Part shown: in pieces, positions 7,982 through 16,890 of the stretch
Layout: each line of letters opens with the position of its first letter
How positions within the stretch are numbered: the first letter of the stretch is position 1
The notes under the pieces: model-generated
Told to the model about the DNA's origin: nothing
Seen by the model: only the letters and a program-made list of their open reading frames with translations
The model's database searches: none
Position numbers and translations under genes: made by a program
From: Pseudomonadota bacterium
Lineage (GTDB): Bacteria; Pseudomonadota; Alphaproteobacteria; UBA2136; UBA6156
Direction of reading: 5' to 3'
Assembly: GCA_009927255.1 (NCBI GenBank)
Contig: RFNJ01000125.1
Span: forward strand, 1 to 46,246
DNA length: 46,246 nucleotides

Positions 7982-9105
7982 TGGGCAGCAACTTGACCGT
8001 TTTGGTGGCGAGTGGGGCGAGTGGGGGGCATTTGTTCCCCGCCATTGCGGTGGCCAAGGAATTGCAGCGGGAAGGGGTGGCGGTGCAGTTGGTGTTGGGT
8101 GGGGGCCGTTTTGCCGAGGTGGTGGAGCGGGCGGAGTTGCCTTATGTGCGGCTACCTGCGGCGGCGTTTAATGATCGGGGGGTGGTGGGGCTTTTGTGGG
8201 CGAGCATCCGGCTGCTGATGGGGATGCTGGTGGCGTTGCAGTTGGTATGGCGGGTGCGGCCCGCGGCGGTGTTTGGCACGGGGGGGTATGCCACGGTGGC
8301 GTTGCTGGTGGCGGGGAAGTTGCTGGGGGTGCCGGTGGTGATTCATGAGCAAAATGTGCTGCCGGGGCGGGCGAATCGGCTGTTGGCGCGGTGGGCGGAT
8401 GTGGTGATTGTGACGTTTGCGGAGAGTGTGACGTATCTGCCGAAAAGATGTGGCAAGGTGCTGGTGCTGGGGACACCGTTGCGCGATGAGATTTTGGCGC
8501 TGGCTAAGGTCAAGCGGAGGGCGGCGGCGGACTTTAGGTTGTTGATTTTGGGGGGGAGCCAAGGGGCGCGAATCTTGGGTGACGTGGTGCCGGAAATGGT
8601 GGCGCTGATGAGCCGTGAAGAGCGCCAAAGCTTGGTGGTGGTGCAGCAGGTGCGGCCTGAGGATATGGCGCGGGTGAAGGCGATTTATGCCGACTTGGAG
8701 CTGGCGGGGTTTGAGGTGGCGGCGTTTTTTAATGACTTGCCGCAGCGCTACTTGCAGGCCGATGTGGTGATTGGGCGGAGTGGGGTGGGGACGGTGTTGG
8801 AGGCGGCGACGTTGGGGTTGCCGGCGATTTATGTGCCGCTGGAACTGGCGGATGGGCACCAAAAGCTGAATGCGGCGGTGGCCGAGCGGGCGGGGGCGGC
8901 GGTGGTGGTGGAGCAAGCGTATTTTACCCCTGCCAGCCTGCTGGTGCATGTGCGGGCTTTACGAAATGCGCCGCAAAAGCTAGAAGCGATGGCAATGGCG
9001 GCTCGCCAGCTGGCTAATCCCACCGCGACGCGGGATGTGGCGGCGGCGGTGCGGGGAGTGATGCCTAAGAATATTGGGCTTAAAAAAATGGGCCTCAAGA
9101 GTTGA
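7981..9105 (+). CDS. murG: UDP-N-acetylglucosamine--N-acetylmuramyl-(pentapeptide) pyrophosphoryl-undecaprenol GlcNAc transferase
   Basis: N-terminus ASGASGGHLFPAIAVAKEL matches the GGTGGH-type motif. dcw position fits. TGATG overlap with the ftsW stop. Confidence 0.85.
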   Translation: MGSNLTVLVASGASGGHLFPAIAVAKELQREGVAVQLVLGGGRFAEVVERAELPYVRLPAAAFNDRGVVGLLWASIRLLMGMLVALQLVWRVRPAAVFGTGGYATVALLVAGKLLGVPVVIHEQNVLPGRANRLLARWADVVIVTFAESVTYLPKRCGKVLVLGTPLRDEILALAKVKRRAAADFRLLILGGSQGARILGDVVPEMVALMSREERQSLVVVQQVRPEDMARVKAIYADLELAGFEVAAFFNDLPQRYLQADVVIGRSGVGTVLEAATLGLPAIYVPLELADGHQKLNAAVAERAGAAVVVEQAYFTPASLLVHVRALRNAPQKLEAMAMAARQLANPTATRDVAAAVRGVMPKNIGLKKMGLKS

Positions 9106-9134
9106 GGCCGCAGAGATAGGAAAGGATTGAGCAG

Positions 9135-10523
9135 ATGAAGATTTTTGGTGCGGAGGTGCGGGGGCAGGTGTTCCATTTTATTGGTGTGGGCGGGATTGGG
9201 ATGAGTGGTTTGGCCCAAGCCTTGGCCAGCCAAGGGGCGGTGGTGAGCGGCAGCGATGCGGGCAGCAAGGGTGACTTTGCGATGCTGGAGCGGGCGAAGG
9301 TGCAGGTATTTAGGGGGCATGCGGCGGCGCAGGTGCCAGCGGGGGCGTGCGTGGTGGTGAGCACCGCGGTGCCGCAGGATAATGTGGAGCTGGTGGCGGC
9401 GAAGCGGTTGGGGCTGCGGGTGGTGCATCGGGCCGAGATTTTGGCGGAGATTATGCAGAATTACAGCACCATTGCGGTGAGTGGGACGCATGGCAAGACC
9501 AGCACCACCGCGCTGATTTATGGGGCTTTGTGCGCGGCGGGAGTGGAGGTGGGGATTGTGAATGGGGGGATTTTGAATGAACTTGGTAGTAATGTGGCTT
9601 TGCCGAGGAAAAAGAGCGGTTGGTTGGTGGTGGAGGCGGACGAGAGCGATGCGAGCTTTTTGAAGCTGAAGCCGGATGTGGCGGTGATTACCAACATTGA
9701 GCCAGAGCATATGGACACCTTTGGCACCGAGGAGAAACTGGTGGAGGCGTTTGTGGCTTTTGCCGACAGTGCGGCGGAAGCGGTGCTGTGTGCGGATGAC
9801 CCGAACACGATGATTGTGGCGGCGCGCACCGAGGCGGATGTGGTGAGCTATGGCTTGGATGACAGCGCGGATGTTTATGCGGGGAGTTATGTTCCGCAAG
9901 GCGCGGGGATGGCCTTTGATGCCCATGTGCGCGGTGGCGTGCTGGAAGATGTGGTGGTGGCGTTGCCGGGGGTGCATTATGTGCAAAACAGCCTTGCCGC
10001 GCTGGCGGTGGCGAGTGTGGTGAAGGCTGATGTGGTGAAGGCGGCGGAAGGGTTGGCGGCGTTTAAGGGCGTGGGGCGGCGGTTTACCAAGGTGGGGACT
10101 TTTCATGGGGCGGATGTGATTGATGACTATGGGCATCACCCGACTGAAATTGCCACCACGCTGGAAGCGGCAAAGGGGATTTATAAGCAGGTGATTGCTG
10201 TTATTCAGCCGCACCGTTACAGCCGTTTGCGTGACCTGATGGATGAGTTTGCGGGGTGTGCGAAGGTGGCGGATGCGTGCGTTATTCTGCCAGTTTACAG
10301 CGCGGGCGAGGCGGCGATTGCGGGGGTGAGCCATGAGGTGTTGGGGGAGAAGATGAAGGCTTTGGGGTATCCGGAAGAGGTGCGGGTGGTGGCGGATGAG
10401 AATGGCTTAATGAAGGCGTTGCACCACTTGGAGATTGGGCCTGGGGGTGCGATTGTGTGCCTTGGCGCGGGGACGATTACGGACTTTGCGCGGGGGTTGG
10501 TGGCGCATCATTGTCATCATTAG
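9135..10523 (+). CDS. murC: UDP-N-acetylmuramate--L-alanine ligase
   Basis: HFIGVGGIGMSGLAQAL N-terminal motif and GTHGKTSTT P-loop. 462 aa, so there is no Ddl fusion. Confidence 0.85.
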   Translation: MKIFGAEVRGQVFHFIGVGGIGMSGLAQALASQGAVVSGSDAGSKGDFAMLERAKVQVFRGHAAAQVPAGACVVVSTAVPQDNVELVAAKRLGLRVVHRAEILAEIMQNYSTIAVSGTHGKTSTTALIYGALCAAGVEVGIVNGGILNELGSNVALPRKKSGWLVVEADESDASFLKLKPDVAVITNIEPEHMDTFGTEEKLVEAFVAFADSAAEAVLCADDPNTMIVAARTEADVVSYGLDDSADVYAGSYVPQGAGMAFDAHVRGGVLEDVVVALPGVHYVQNSLAALAVASVVKADVVKAAEGLAAFKGVGRRFTKVGTFHGADVIDDYGHHPTEIATTLEAAKGIYKQVIAVIQPHRYSRLRDLMDEFAGCAKVADACVILPVYSAGEAAIAGVSHEVLGEKMKALGYPEEVRVVADENGLMKALHHLEIGPGGAIVCLGAGTITDFARGLVAHHCHH

Positions 10524-10532
10524 GAATTTATC

Positions 10533-11525
10533 ATGAAAACATGGCCGGTGCCGGAGTGGTTGGGGGAGTTGCCCTCGCGAGTAAATGCTGGCGCATTTGC
10601 TCACGAGGCAGGCTTTGGGCCACAGTATGTGGTGAATGGGGCGTTGGCGGAGCTGACGACGATTAAGGTGGGGGGGCCGGCGGAGGTTTTGGCCACGGTG
10701 CACGACTGGGGGCAGATGGCGGCGCTGCGGCGGTTTTGCACCGAGCGCAAGGTTGCGCTGACGTTGGTGGGCAAGGGCAGCAATATGGTGGTGCGGGATG
10801 GGGGGATTGGGGGGGTGGTGGTGTTGATGGGGAAGGGGGTGGATAGGGTTGAGGTGCGGGGTGAGGAGATTTACGCTGAGGCAGGGGTGGCTTGTGGGAC
10901 GGTGGCGCGGGCGGCGCGGGAGGCGGGGCTAGCTGGGTTGGCGTTTTTTGGGGGTATCCCGGGGAGCATTGGCGGAGCTTTGCGGATGAATGCGGGGGCT
11001 TATGGCAGTGAGACGTTTGATGCGCTGGTGCAGGTGTGGTGCCTTGATGCGCTGGGTGAAGAGCGAGTGCTTAAGCCTTTGGAATTGAAGCCGAGATATC
11101 GGGGGACAGAGTTGCCGGAGGGGTGGATTTATAAGGCGGGGTTGTGGCGCTTGGCGGTGGGGGACAAGGAGCAGATACGGGAACAGATGCGGGAGATTAA
11201 CCGGGCGCGGAGTAGCAGCCAGCCGTTGCATATGCCCAGCAGCGGCAGTTGGTTTAAGAATGTGGTGCTGCCCCGTGACATTGAGGGCTTGGGCAAGGCG
11301 GGGGAAAAGGTGAATGCGTGGAAGGTGGTGGATGCGGCGGGGTGCCGTGGGTGGGTGGAAGGTGGGGCGCAGGTGAGTGAGCAGCATTGCAATTTTTTTG
11401 TGAACACTGGCAATGCTTTGGCGCGGGATTTTGATGTTTTGAGTGAGCGGGTGGAGGTGGCGATTTTGGATAAATTGGGGATTGTTATTGGGCGGGAGGT
11501 GCGGTTTGTGGGGGTTGACGGTTAA
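10533..11525 (+). CDS. murB: UDP-N-acetylenolpyruvoylglucosamine reductase
   Basis: FAD-binding pattern TTIKVGGPAE ... VGKGSNMVVRDGG ... GIPGSIGGALRMNAGAYG. dcw position fits. Confidence 0.8.
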   Translation: MKTWPVPEWLGELPSRVNAGAFAHEAGFGPQYVVNGALAELTTIKVGGPAEVLATVHDWGQMAALRRFCTERKVALTLVGKGSNMVVRDGGIGGVVVLMGKGVDRVEVRGEEIYAEAGVACGTVARAAREAGLAGLAFFGGIPGSIGGALRMNAGAYGSETFDALVQVWCLDALGEERVLKPLELKPRYRGTELPEGWIYKAGLWRLAVGDKEQIREQMREINRARSSSQPLHMPSSGSWFKNVVLPRDIEGLGKAGEKVNAWKVVDAAGCRGWVEGGAQVSEQHCNFFVNTGNALARDFDVLSERVEVAILDKLGIVIGREVRFVGVDG

Positions 11526-11612
11526 ACTTATATAGTATACGTTTATGATGCTAAAGCTCACCATTCCCATGGTGGGAATGGGACATCAGGAGGCCCCGCA
11601 AGGGGATTTAAC

Positions 11613-11891
11613 ATGGCGAAGACATTGACGCTGAATGTAGTGATTCCGAATGCGGAGGTAGACCCTGGTTCTGTTGAGGAGGTTTTGAAAGTGCTATTTT
11701 ACAACTTAGGGCAAGAGAATCAAGTAAAAGCTAGCTTGATTGGGGATGCATCTGAGCCGACCATTAAGCTTCCATCATTGGATATCAAGGATATCGACCT
11801 GATACTTACGGCGCTGGATAGGCCGTTTAATGTGGTGGTGGATAATACGCCGCCGCCGGCGGCTGAGGGTGAGACGGCTGAAGGTGAATGA
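11613..11891 (+). CDS. Small acidic hypothetical protein (92 aa) occupying the usual ddl slot
   Basis: ORF with an SD-like sequence upstream, no TM segment and an acidic, Pro-rich C-terminus (PPPAAEGETAEGE). Its codon usage lacks the local G/T bias. I recognise no family. Confidence 0.4.
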   Translation: MAKTLTLNVVIPNAEVDPGSVEEVLKVLFYNLGQENQVKASLIGDASEPTIKLPSLDIKDIDLILTALDRPFNVVVDNTPPPAAEGETAEGE

Positions 11892-12095
11892 GTTATTCCG
11901 ATAGGCGTTTTAGGAGGGGGGCTGTGAGGCCCCTCTCTTTTTGGTTACAGGGGGGACACAGGGGGTGGGGGTTTTGGTTGGTTTTAGTTAGGTTTGGTGG
12001 TTTTGTATGTGGTGTTTGGGGTGGGTTTTGGTTAGAGTGTGGGGAGGCGCAGGTGCGCTTTTGGGTTGCATTTTATGATGAAAGGAGGCCGCTGG

Positions 12096-13007
12096 ATGGT
12101 TGATTTGTTCCGCGCTGCGGCTGACCTTGGGGTGACGCCGGCAGCGGAGAGTGATGAGCAGGAGATTGGCCGTGGGCGGCGCTGGTTGGCGCGCTTTGAA
12201 CAGCGGGTGGCGGCGTGGCCGTGGCGGCGGCTGGGGCAGGGGGCTTTGGTGGTGGTGGTGCTGAGTGGGGTGGGGGTGGCGTGGTGGTGGCGGGCTCCGT
12301 TGGGTGAGGCGCTGACCACCTATGTGGCGGAGGCGACGGGGGCCACTGTGCAGAGTTTGGTGGTGAGTGGGGCAGTTTATAGCGGCAAAGAGGAATTGCA
12401 GCAGGCGCTGGGCTTGGGCAAGGGGGATAGCTTGGTGGGCTTTGATGCGGCGGCGGCGCGGAGGCGGATTGAGGCGTTGCCGTGGGTGCGGTTGGCGAGT
12501 GTTGACCGCCAGTTGCCGGCTACGGTGAAGGTGACGGTTTATGAGCATGTGCCGCTGGCGCGGGTGGTTTTTGAGGGAGCAATTTGGGTGGTGAACCAAA
12601 ATGGTGAGCGGGTGGTGGAAGACCGCGAGAACCGCTTTGCCAACTTGCCGCTGTTGCAGGGGGAAGGGGCGGGGGCGGCGGCGGGGGCGTTGTTTGGTGC
12701 GATGGAAGTGTGGCCGCAGTTGTTGGGGCAATTACGTGAGGCCAAGCTGGTGGGGGGGCGGCGTTGGGATTTGCGGTTTGTGAGCGGGGTGGTGGTGCAG
12801 TTGCCGGAGCAGGTTGCCGACTATGGCCCGAGTGTGGCGCTGCCGATTTTGGCCAAGCTGGAAGAAGCCCGCCATGTGCTGGCGCTGAATGGCGGCGAAG
12901 TGGATTTACGTTTGCCTGACCGCGTGGTGCTGCGGTTGCCGGAAGGGGTGCAAGCAGGGCCGGTTGTGAAGCCTGCTGAGGGCGCGGGCGGGCAGGGGCA
13001 AGTTTAA
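12096..13007 (+). CDS. ftsQ: Cell division protein FtsQ
   Basis: AGGAGG lies 7 nt upstream of the ATG at 12096. One TM (GALVVVVLSGVGVAWWW) is followed by a POTRA-like region (V.V.G....S.EEL..ALGL..G.SL...D.......IEALPWV..A.V.R.LP.TV.V.V.E). It sits directly upstream of ftsA. Confidence 0.75.
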   Translation: MVDLFRAAADLGVTPAAESDEQEIGRGRRWLARFEQRVAAWPWRRLGQGALVVVVLSGVGVAWWWRAPLGEALTTYVAEATGATVQSLVVSGAVYSGKEELQQALGLGKGDSLVGFDAAAARRRIEALPWVRLASVDRQLPATVKVTVYEHVPLARVVFEGAIWVVNQNGERVVEDRENRFANLPLLQGEGAGAAAGALFGAMEVWPQLLGQLREAKLVGGRRWDLRFVSGVVVQLPEQVADYGPSVALPILAKLEEARHVLALNGGEVDLRLPDRVVLRLPEGVQAGPVVKPAEGAGGQGQV

Positions 13008-13023
13008 TGCGAAAGGTGATGAC

Positions 13024-14274
13024 ATGGTGAAGACAAAAAACCGGATTGTGGCGGGGCTGGACATTGGCAGCAGCAAGGTGGCGTGTTTTATTGCCGAGTT
13101 GGATGAGTTTTATAATCCGCACATTTTGGGCTATGGCCAGCATGCGAGCACGGGCTTAAAGCGCGGGATGATTGTGGATATGGACCGCACGGAGACGGCA
13201 ATTCGGGAGGCGGTTCATGCGGCGGAGGATATGGCGGGGGTGGAAATTCAGGGGGTGTTGGTGAGCCTTGGCGGGGTGCATTTGCGCAGCCATATGACTG
13301 ATGGCTTGGTGGTGCTGAACAAGCAGGACATTACCGACGCGGATATTTTTAAGGTGATTGATGTGGCGCGGGCGCGGCAGATTGATAGTGATCGGCAGAT
13401 TATCCATGCGCAGGCGACGAAGTATGTGCTGGATAATCAGAGTGATATTCGAGATCCGCGTGGAATGACGGGGAGCCGCTTGGAGGCGGATGTGCATATT
13501 ATTACCGCGGCGACCAGTGCCATTCGGAATGTGGTGCGTTGTGTGGAGCGGGCGAATTTGGAAGTGATGGATATTGTGGTGCAGCCCTATGCCAGCGCGA
13601 TGGCGACGGTGGTGCCCGATGAGCGTGAGCTGGGGGTGGCGATGGTGGATATTGGCGGTGGCACTTGCGACTTGGCGATTTATGCCGAGGGGGCGCTGGT
13701 TTATACCGCGGTGATTCCGTTGGGTGGACAGCATGTGACGGCGGATATTGCGCGGGGACTTTCGACACCTTTGGCCGCAGCGGAGCGGATTAAGGTGCTG
13801 CATGGCTATGCTTTGGCGAGTGCGATTGTGGGTGATACCGAACTGGAAGTGCCGACCGTGGGTGATGAGACCAAGAATGGCCAGCAAGAGCCGGTGCATA
13901 TGAGCCAGAGTGCGTTGGCGGGGATTATTCAGCCGCGCTGCGAGGAGATGCTGGAGTTGATTCGGGATAAAATTGAACAGAGTGGGTTTGAGGCGGCGAT
14001 TGGTCGGCGTGTGGTGCTGACCGGTGGCGGTAGCCAACTGAATGGCTTGCGCCAGTTGGCGGAAGTGGTGCTGGATAAGAGTGTGCGCCTTGCTCGGCCT
14101 ACCGGGGTGCAGGGGCTTTCCGACCTTTCCGGCACGCCGCAATTTGCCACGGCTGTTGGACTGTTGCTTTATGGGGCGCGCCAAGCGGCGCAGGCCAGCC
14201 GCGTGCGGGTGGCGGACAGCAAAATTGCGGCGTGGGCGGGGCAGATGGCGAAGTGGTTGCGGTTTGCGAGTTAG
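13024..14274 (+). CDS. ftsA: Cell division protein FtsA
   Basis: Actin-like ATPase motifs GLDIGSSKV, VDIGGGTCD and VVLTGGGSQLNGL, with an amphipathic C-terminal tail. Confidence 0.9.
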   Translation: MVKTKNRIVAGLDIGSSKVACFIAELDEFYNPHILGYGQHASTGLKRGMIVDMDRTETAIREAVHAAEDMAGVEIQGVLVSLGGVHLRSHMTDGLVVLNKQDITDADIFKVIDVARARQIDSDRQIIHAQATKYVLDNQSDIRDPRGMTGSRLEADVHIITAATSAIRNVVRCVERANLEVMDIVVQPYASAMATVVPDERELGVAMVDIGGGTCDLAIYAEGALVYTAVIPLGGQHVTADIARGLSTPLAAAERIKVLHGYALASAIVGDTELEVPTVGDETKNGQQEPVHMSQSALAGIIQPRCEEMLELIRDKIEQSGFEAAIGRRVVLTGGGSQLNGLRQLAEVVLDKSVRLARPTGVQGLSDLSGTPQFATAVGLLLYGARQAAQASRVRVADSKIAAWAGQMAKWLRFAS

Positions 14275-14281
14275 GAAAGAC

Positions 14282-15001
14282 TTAAACGTTAAGTGAGCAG
14301 GACTTTTGGCCTTCGGCGAAGCCGGCGAGGTAGTCGGCGTTGTCCTTTAGGGCTTCGTTCTTTTTGCTACCGCATTGGCCGTTGGTTGGTTTGGCGCCAT
14401 CGGCGAGGCCAGTTTTGTAGAAGGTTTCGCGGGCTTTGCAGACGCTGAGGCCGATATCGTAGCCTTTGAGGTACTGGGCGTTATCGCCGATGCCAACGCG
14501 AACGTCTTTTTGCTTGCCGCACTTGTTTTCAATGACCAGTTGGCCGTCGTAGTAGCCGGCGTCGAAGAGTTTTTTCTCGTTTTCGGTAAGATTTTTTTGA
14601 TCTTGGACGGTGATGAGCTGTTGTTCAAGCGTGCTGACCTGCGTGCGGAGGGATTGGGTGTAGGAATCGTTATAACCGCCGCCACTTCCGCTTGAACCAC
14701 CACTACCACCATTTTTTTGCATGAGCTGTTGGAGCATTTGGATGAACATGGCGAGCAGACCAGTGAGGCCACCGTTGAGGGTTGGCCAATCGGGGGTGCC
14801 GCCGCGGCTGCCGTAGGGGTCGCCAAAGCCACCACTCGGACCACCACCACCGAAAATACGAGCGAGGGGATTATTGTTAGGGTTATTGCCGGGATTGGCC
14901 CATGGATTAAAGGCATGAGTACTGCTGATGCTGCTGACGGTGAGCAGGGTGGCCATGGCGGTGCAGGTGAGGATGCGGGGGAGGGAGTATTTGTGCTTCA
15001 T
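14282..15001 (-). CDS. Secreted hypothetical protein: Gly/Asn-rich region, coiled coil and C-terminal Cys-containing repeats
   Basis: Signal peptide (MKHKYSLPRILTCTAMATLLTVSSISSTHA). Low-complexity GGGGPSGG / GGSGGSSGSGGG tracts. Repeated xDNAxYLxG(Y/F)xxG modules (LFDAGYYDG, AQYLKGYDIG, ADYLAGFAEG) carry four Cys. No family recognised. Confidence 0.55.
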   Translation of the reverse strand: MKHKYSLPRILTCTAMATLLTVSSISSTHAFNPWANPGNNPNNNPLARIFGGGGPSGGFGDPYGSRGGTPDWPTLNGGLTGLLAMFIQMLQQLMQKNGGSGGSSGSGGGYNDSYTQSLRTQVSTLEQQLITVQDQKNLTENEKKLFDAGYYDGQLVIENKCGKQKDVRVGIGDNAQYLKGYDIGLSVCKARETFYKTGLADGAKPTNGQCGSKKNEALKDNADYLAGFAEGQKSCSLNV

Positions 15002-15039
15002 ATATTAATTATGGGTTGTTTTTTGGGCTGTTGCAAGGG

Positions 15040-16827
15040 TTAGTGTTCCAGCACGTAGGTGCCGGGGGCGGGGCAGAGGGCGGGGTAGGCTTTGTTGCCT
15101 TGTTGTTTGGGGGCTTCGACCTCTTTACCGCTGTGGGGTTTGAGCCAGAGGGCATAATCCGTCCACCAGCTATCGGGCTGTTGGGGGGCTTTTTCTAGCC
15201 ATTTTTCGGCGGTGGGGGCTTTGCCGCCAGCGGGGACTTCCGCGACCCAATAGCTGCGTTTGACCGGCTTGCCTTCGGGTGTGGGGGGGCTGACGACGCC
15301 TGCCACGTGGCCAGCTTTGGTGAGGGCCAAGCGTTTGTTATTGCTGGCCATTTGGGAGAGGGCGCTGTAGCAGGCTTGCCAGGGGGTGATATGGTCGGTA
15401 ACGCCGGTGAGCATATAGATGGGGATGGAGATGCTTTGCAGGTTGACCGGGGTGCCGAGCAGGGTGAGTTTGTTGGGTTTTATCAGGTTGTTTTCGAGGT
15501 AGAGCTGGCGGAGATACCAGCTGTGCATGGCGCAGGGCATGTTGGTGTTGTCGCCGTTCCAGTAGAGCAAATCGAATGGCATAGGAGTTTTGCCGAGCAG
15601 GTAGTTGTTGACGACGAAGTTCCAGATGAGGTCGTTCGCGCGGAGCATGGAGAAGGTGGTGGCCATGCTGCGGCCGCTGAGGATGCCGTCGCGCTGCATT
15701 TGTTTTTCCAGTGCGGTGAGCTGGGCTTCGTCGGTGAAGAGTTTGAGTTCGCCCGCGTTGGCGAAGTCCATGAGGGTGGTGAGGAAGGTGGCGGTGGCGA
15801 TGCGGGTGTCATTCTTGGCTTGCATGATGGCCAACGCTGCGCCGAGCATGGTGCCGCCGATGCAGTAGCCGACTGCGTTGAGGCTTTTTTCGCCGGTGAT
15901 GGACAGGGTGGCGTCGACCGCAGCATAGAGGCCGTCGGTGATGTAGTTTTCAAAACCGATGTTGCGGTATTCTGGCGTGGGGTTCTTCCAGCTGACCATG
16001 AAGACTTGATAGCCTTGGTTGACCAAGAACTTGACCAAGCTGTTTTCGGGTTTGAGGTCGAGGATATAATACCGGTTTATCCATGGTGGGCAGATGAGCA
16101 GGGGCTTTTGGTGGACTTGCTTGGTGGTTGGGGCATATTGGATGAGTTCGATAAGGTGATTGCGGAAGACCACGTGGCCTGGGGTGACGCCGATGTTGTG
16201 GCCGACTTTAAAGGCGGATTCATCGGTGAGGCTGATGCGGCCAGATTGGACATCGGTAACAAAATTTTTGAAGCCGTTGAGGAGGGATTCGCCTTTGCTT
16301 TCGAGTGCCGCTTGCTGGGCTTCGGGGTTGGTGAGGAGGAAGTTGGCGGGGCTGAGGGCATCGGCGAACTGTTGGGTGTAGAACTCGACTTTGGCTTGGT
16401 CTTCGGGCGATAAGCCTTTGGCAGACTGGGCGGTGCTGAGCAGGTAGCGGCTGGCGAGGAGATAGGATTGTTTGAGGAGGTTGGCGTAGCCTTGGCTCCA
16501 GCTGGGGTGGTTGAAGCGTTTGTCTTCTTTTTCGGGTTCGATGACGTTGGTGGGGGGGCTGCTTGGATTTTGGCCGAGCATGCTTTCGAGTATATTGGCG
16601 CCGAGCAGGAGGTTTTGTTGGTAGTAGTGGAAGCTGCGTTGGGTGCTTTCGTGCGGGTTGGCGGCGAGGCTTTGGGCGGCTTGGGCGAAGGCTTGGAGGA
16701 GGGGTTGGAGGCCCCTGAGTTGGTCGGCGGCTTGTTCGGCGGGTTTGCTGAGTGCGGTTTGCAAGGCTTGTGTGGCTTGCTGGACAAGCTGGGTGGGGTT
16801 GAATGGGGTGGAGGTGCTGTTGGGCAT
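15040..16827 (-). CDS. phaC: Class I poly(3-hydroxyalkanoate) synthase
   Basis: 595 aa counted from MPNSTSTPF. Lipase box GYCIGG is present. Typical PhaC N-domain (FNHPSWSQ, WINRYYILDL). The upstream 106 codons of the tracked ORF are His/Arg-rich compositional read-through. Confidence 0.85.
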   Translation of the reverse strand: MPNSTSTPFNPTQLVQQATQALQTALSKPAEQAADQLRGLQPLLQAFAQAAQSLAANPHESTQRSFHYYQQNLLLGANILESMLGQNPSSPPTNVIEPEKEDKRFNHPSWSQGYANLLKQSYLLASRYLLSTAQSAKGLSPEDQAKVEFYTQQFADALSPANFLLTNPEAQQAALESKGESLLNGFKNFVTDVQSGRISLTDESAFKVGHNIGVTPGHVVFRNHLIELIQYAPTTKQVHQKPLLICPPWINRYYILDLKPENSLVKFLVNQGYQVFMVSWKNPTPEYRNIGFENYITDGLYAAVDATLSITGEKSLNAVGYCIGGTMLGAALAIMQAKNDTRIATATFLTTLMDFANAGELKLFTDEAQLTALEKQMQRDGILSGRSMATTFSMLRANDLIWNFVVNNYLLGKTPMPFDLLYWNGDNTNMPCAMHSWYLRQLYLENNLIKPNKLTLLGTPVNLQSISIPIYMLTGVTDHITPWQACYSALSQMASNNKRLALTKAGHVAGVVSPPTPEGKPVKRSYWVAEVPAGGKAPTAEKWLEKAPQQPDSWWTDYALWLKPHSGKEVEAPKQQGNKAYPALCPAPGTYVLEH

Positions 16828-16890
16828 GGACAGGGCCGATTTTGTTGTTGATTGTTGGGACAACGCTAACAGAAGAAGTAAGCAAGCACA

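Noticed and set aside
8829-10334. Very long antisense ORFs, for example 8829..10334 (-, 501 aa). Others are 2039..2902, 4317..5087, 12520..13143, 13156..14184, 32474..33700, 38582..39853, 45031..46053, and on the + strand 15307..16413 and 21171..21923.
   Set aside because: Each lies fully antisense to a gene with clear family motifs. Their translations are low-complexity (His/Pro/Arg/Gln/Thr-rich or Gly/Val/Glu-rich). Their length follows from stop-codon depletion on the C+A-rich strand, so they are compositional artefacts.
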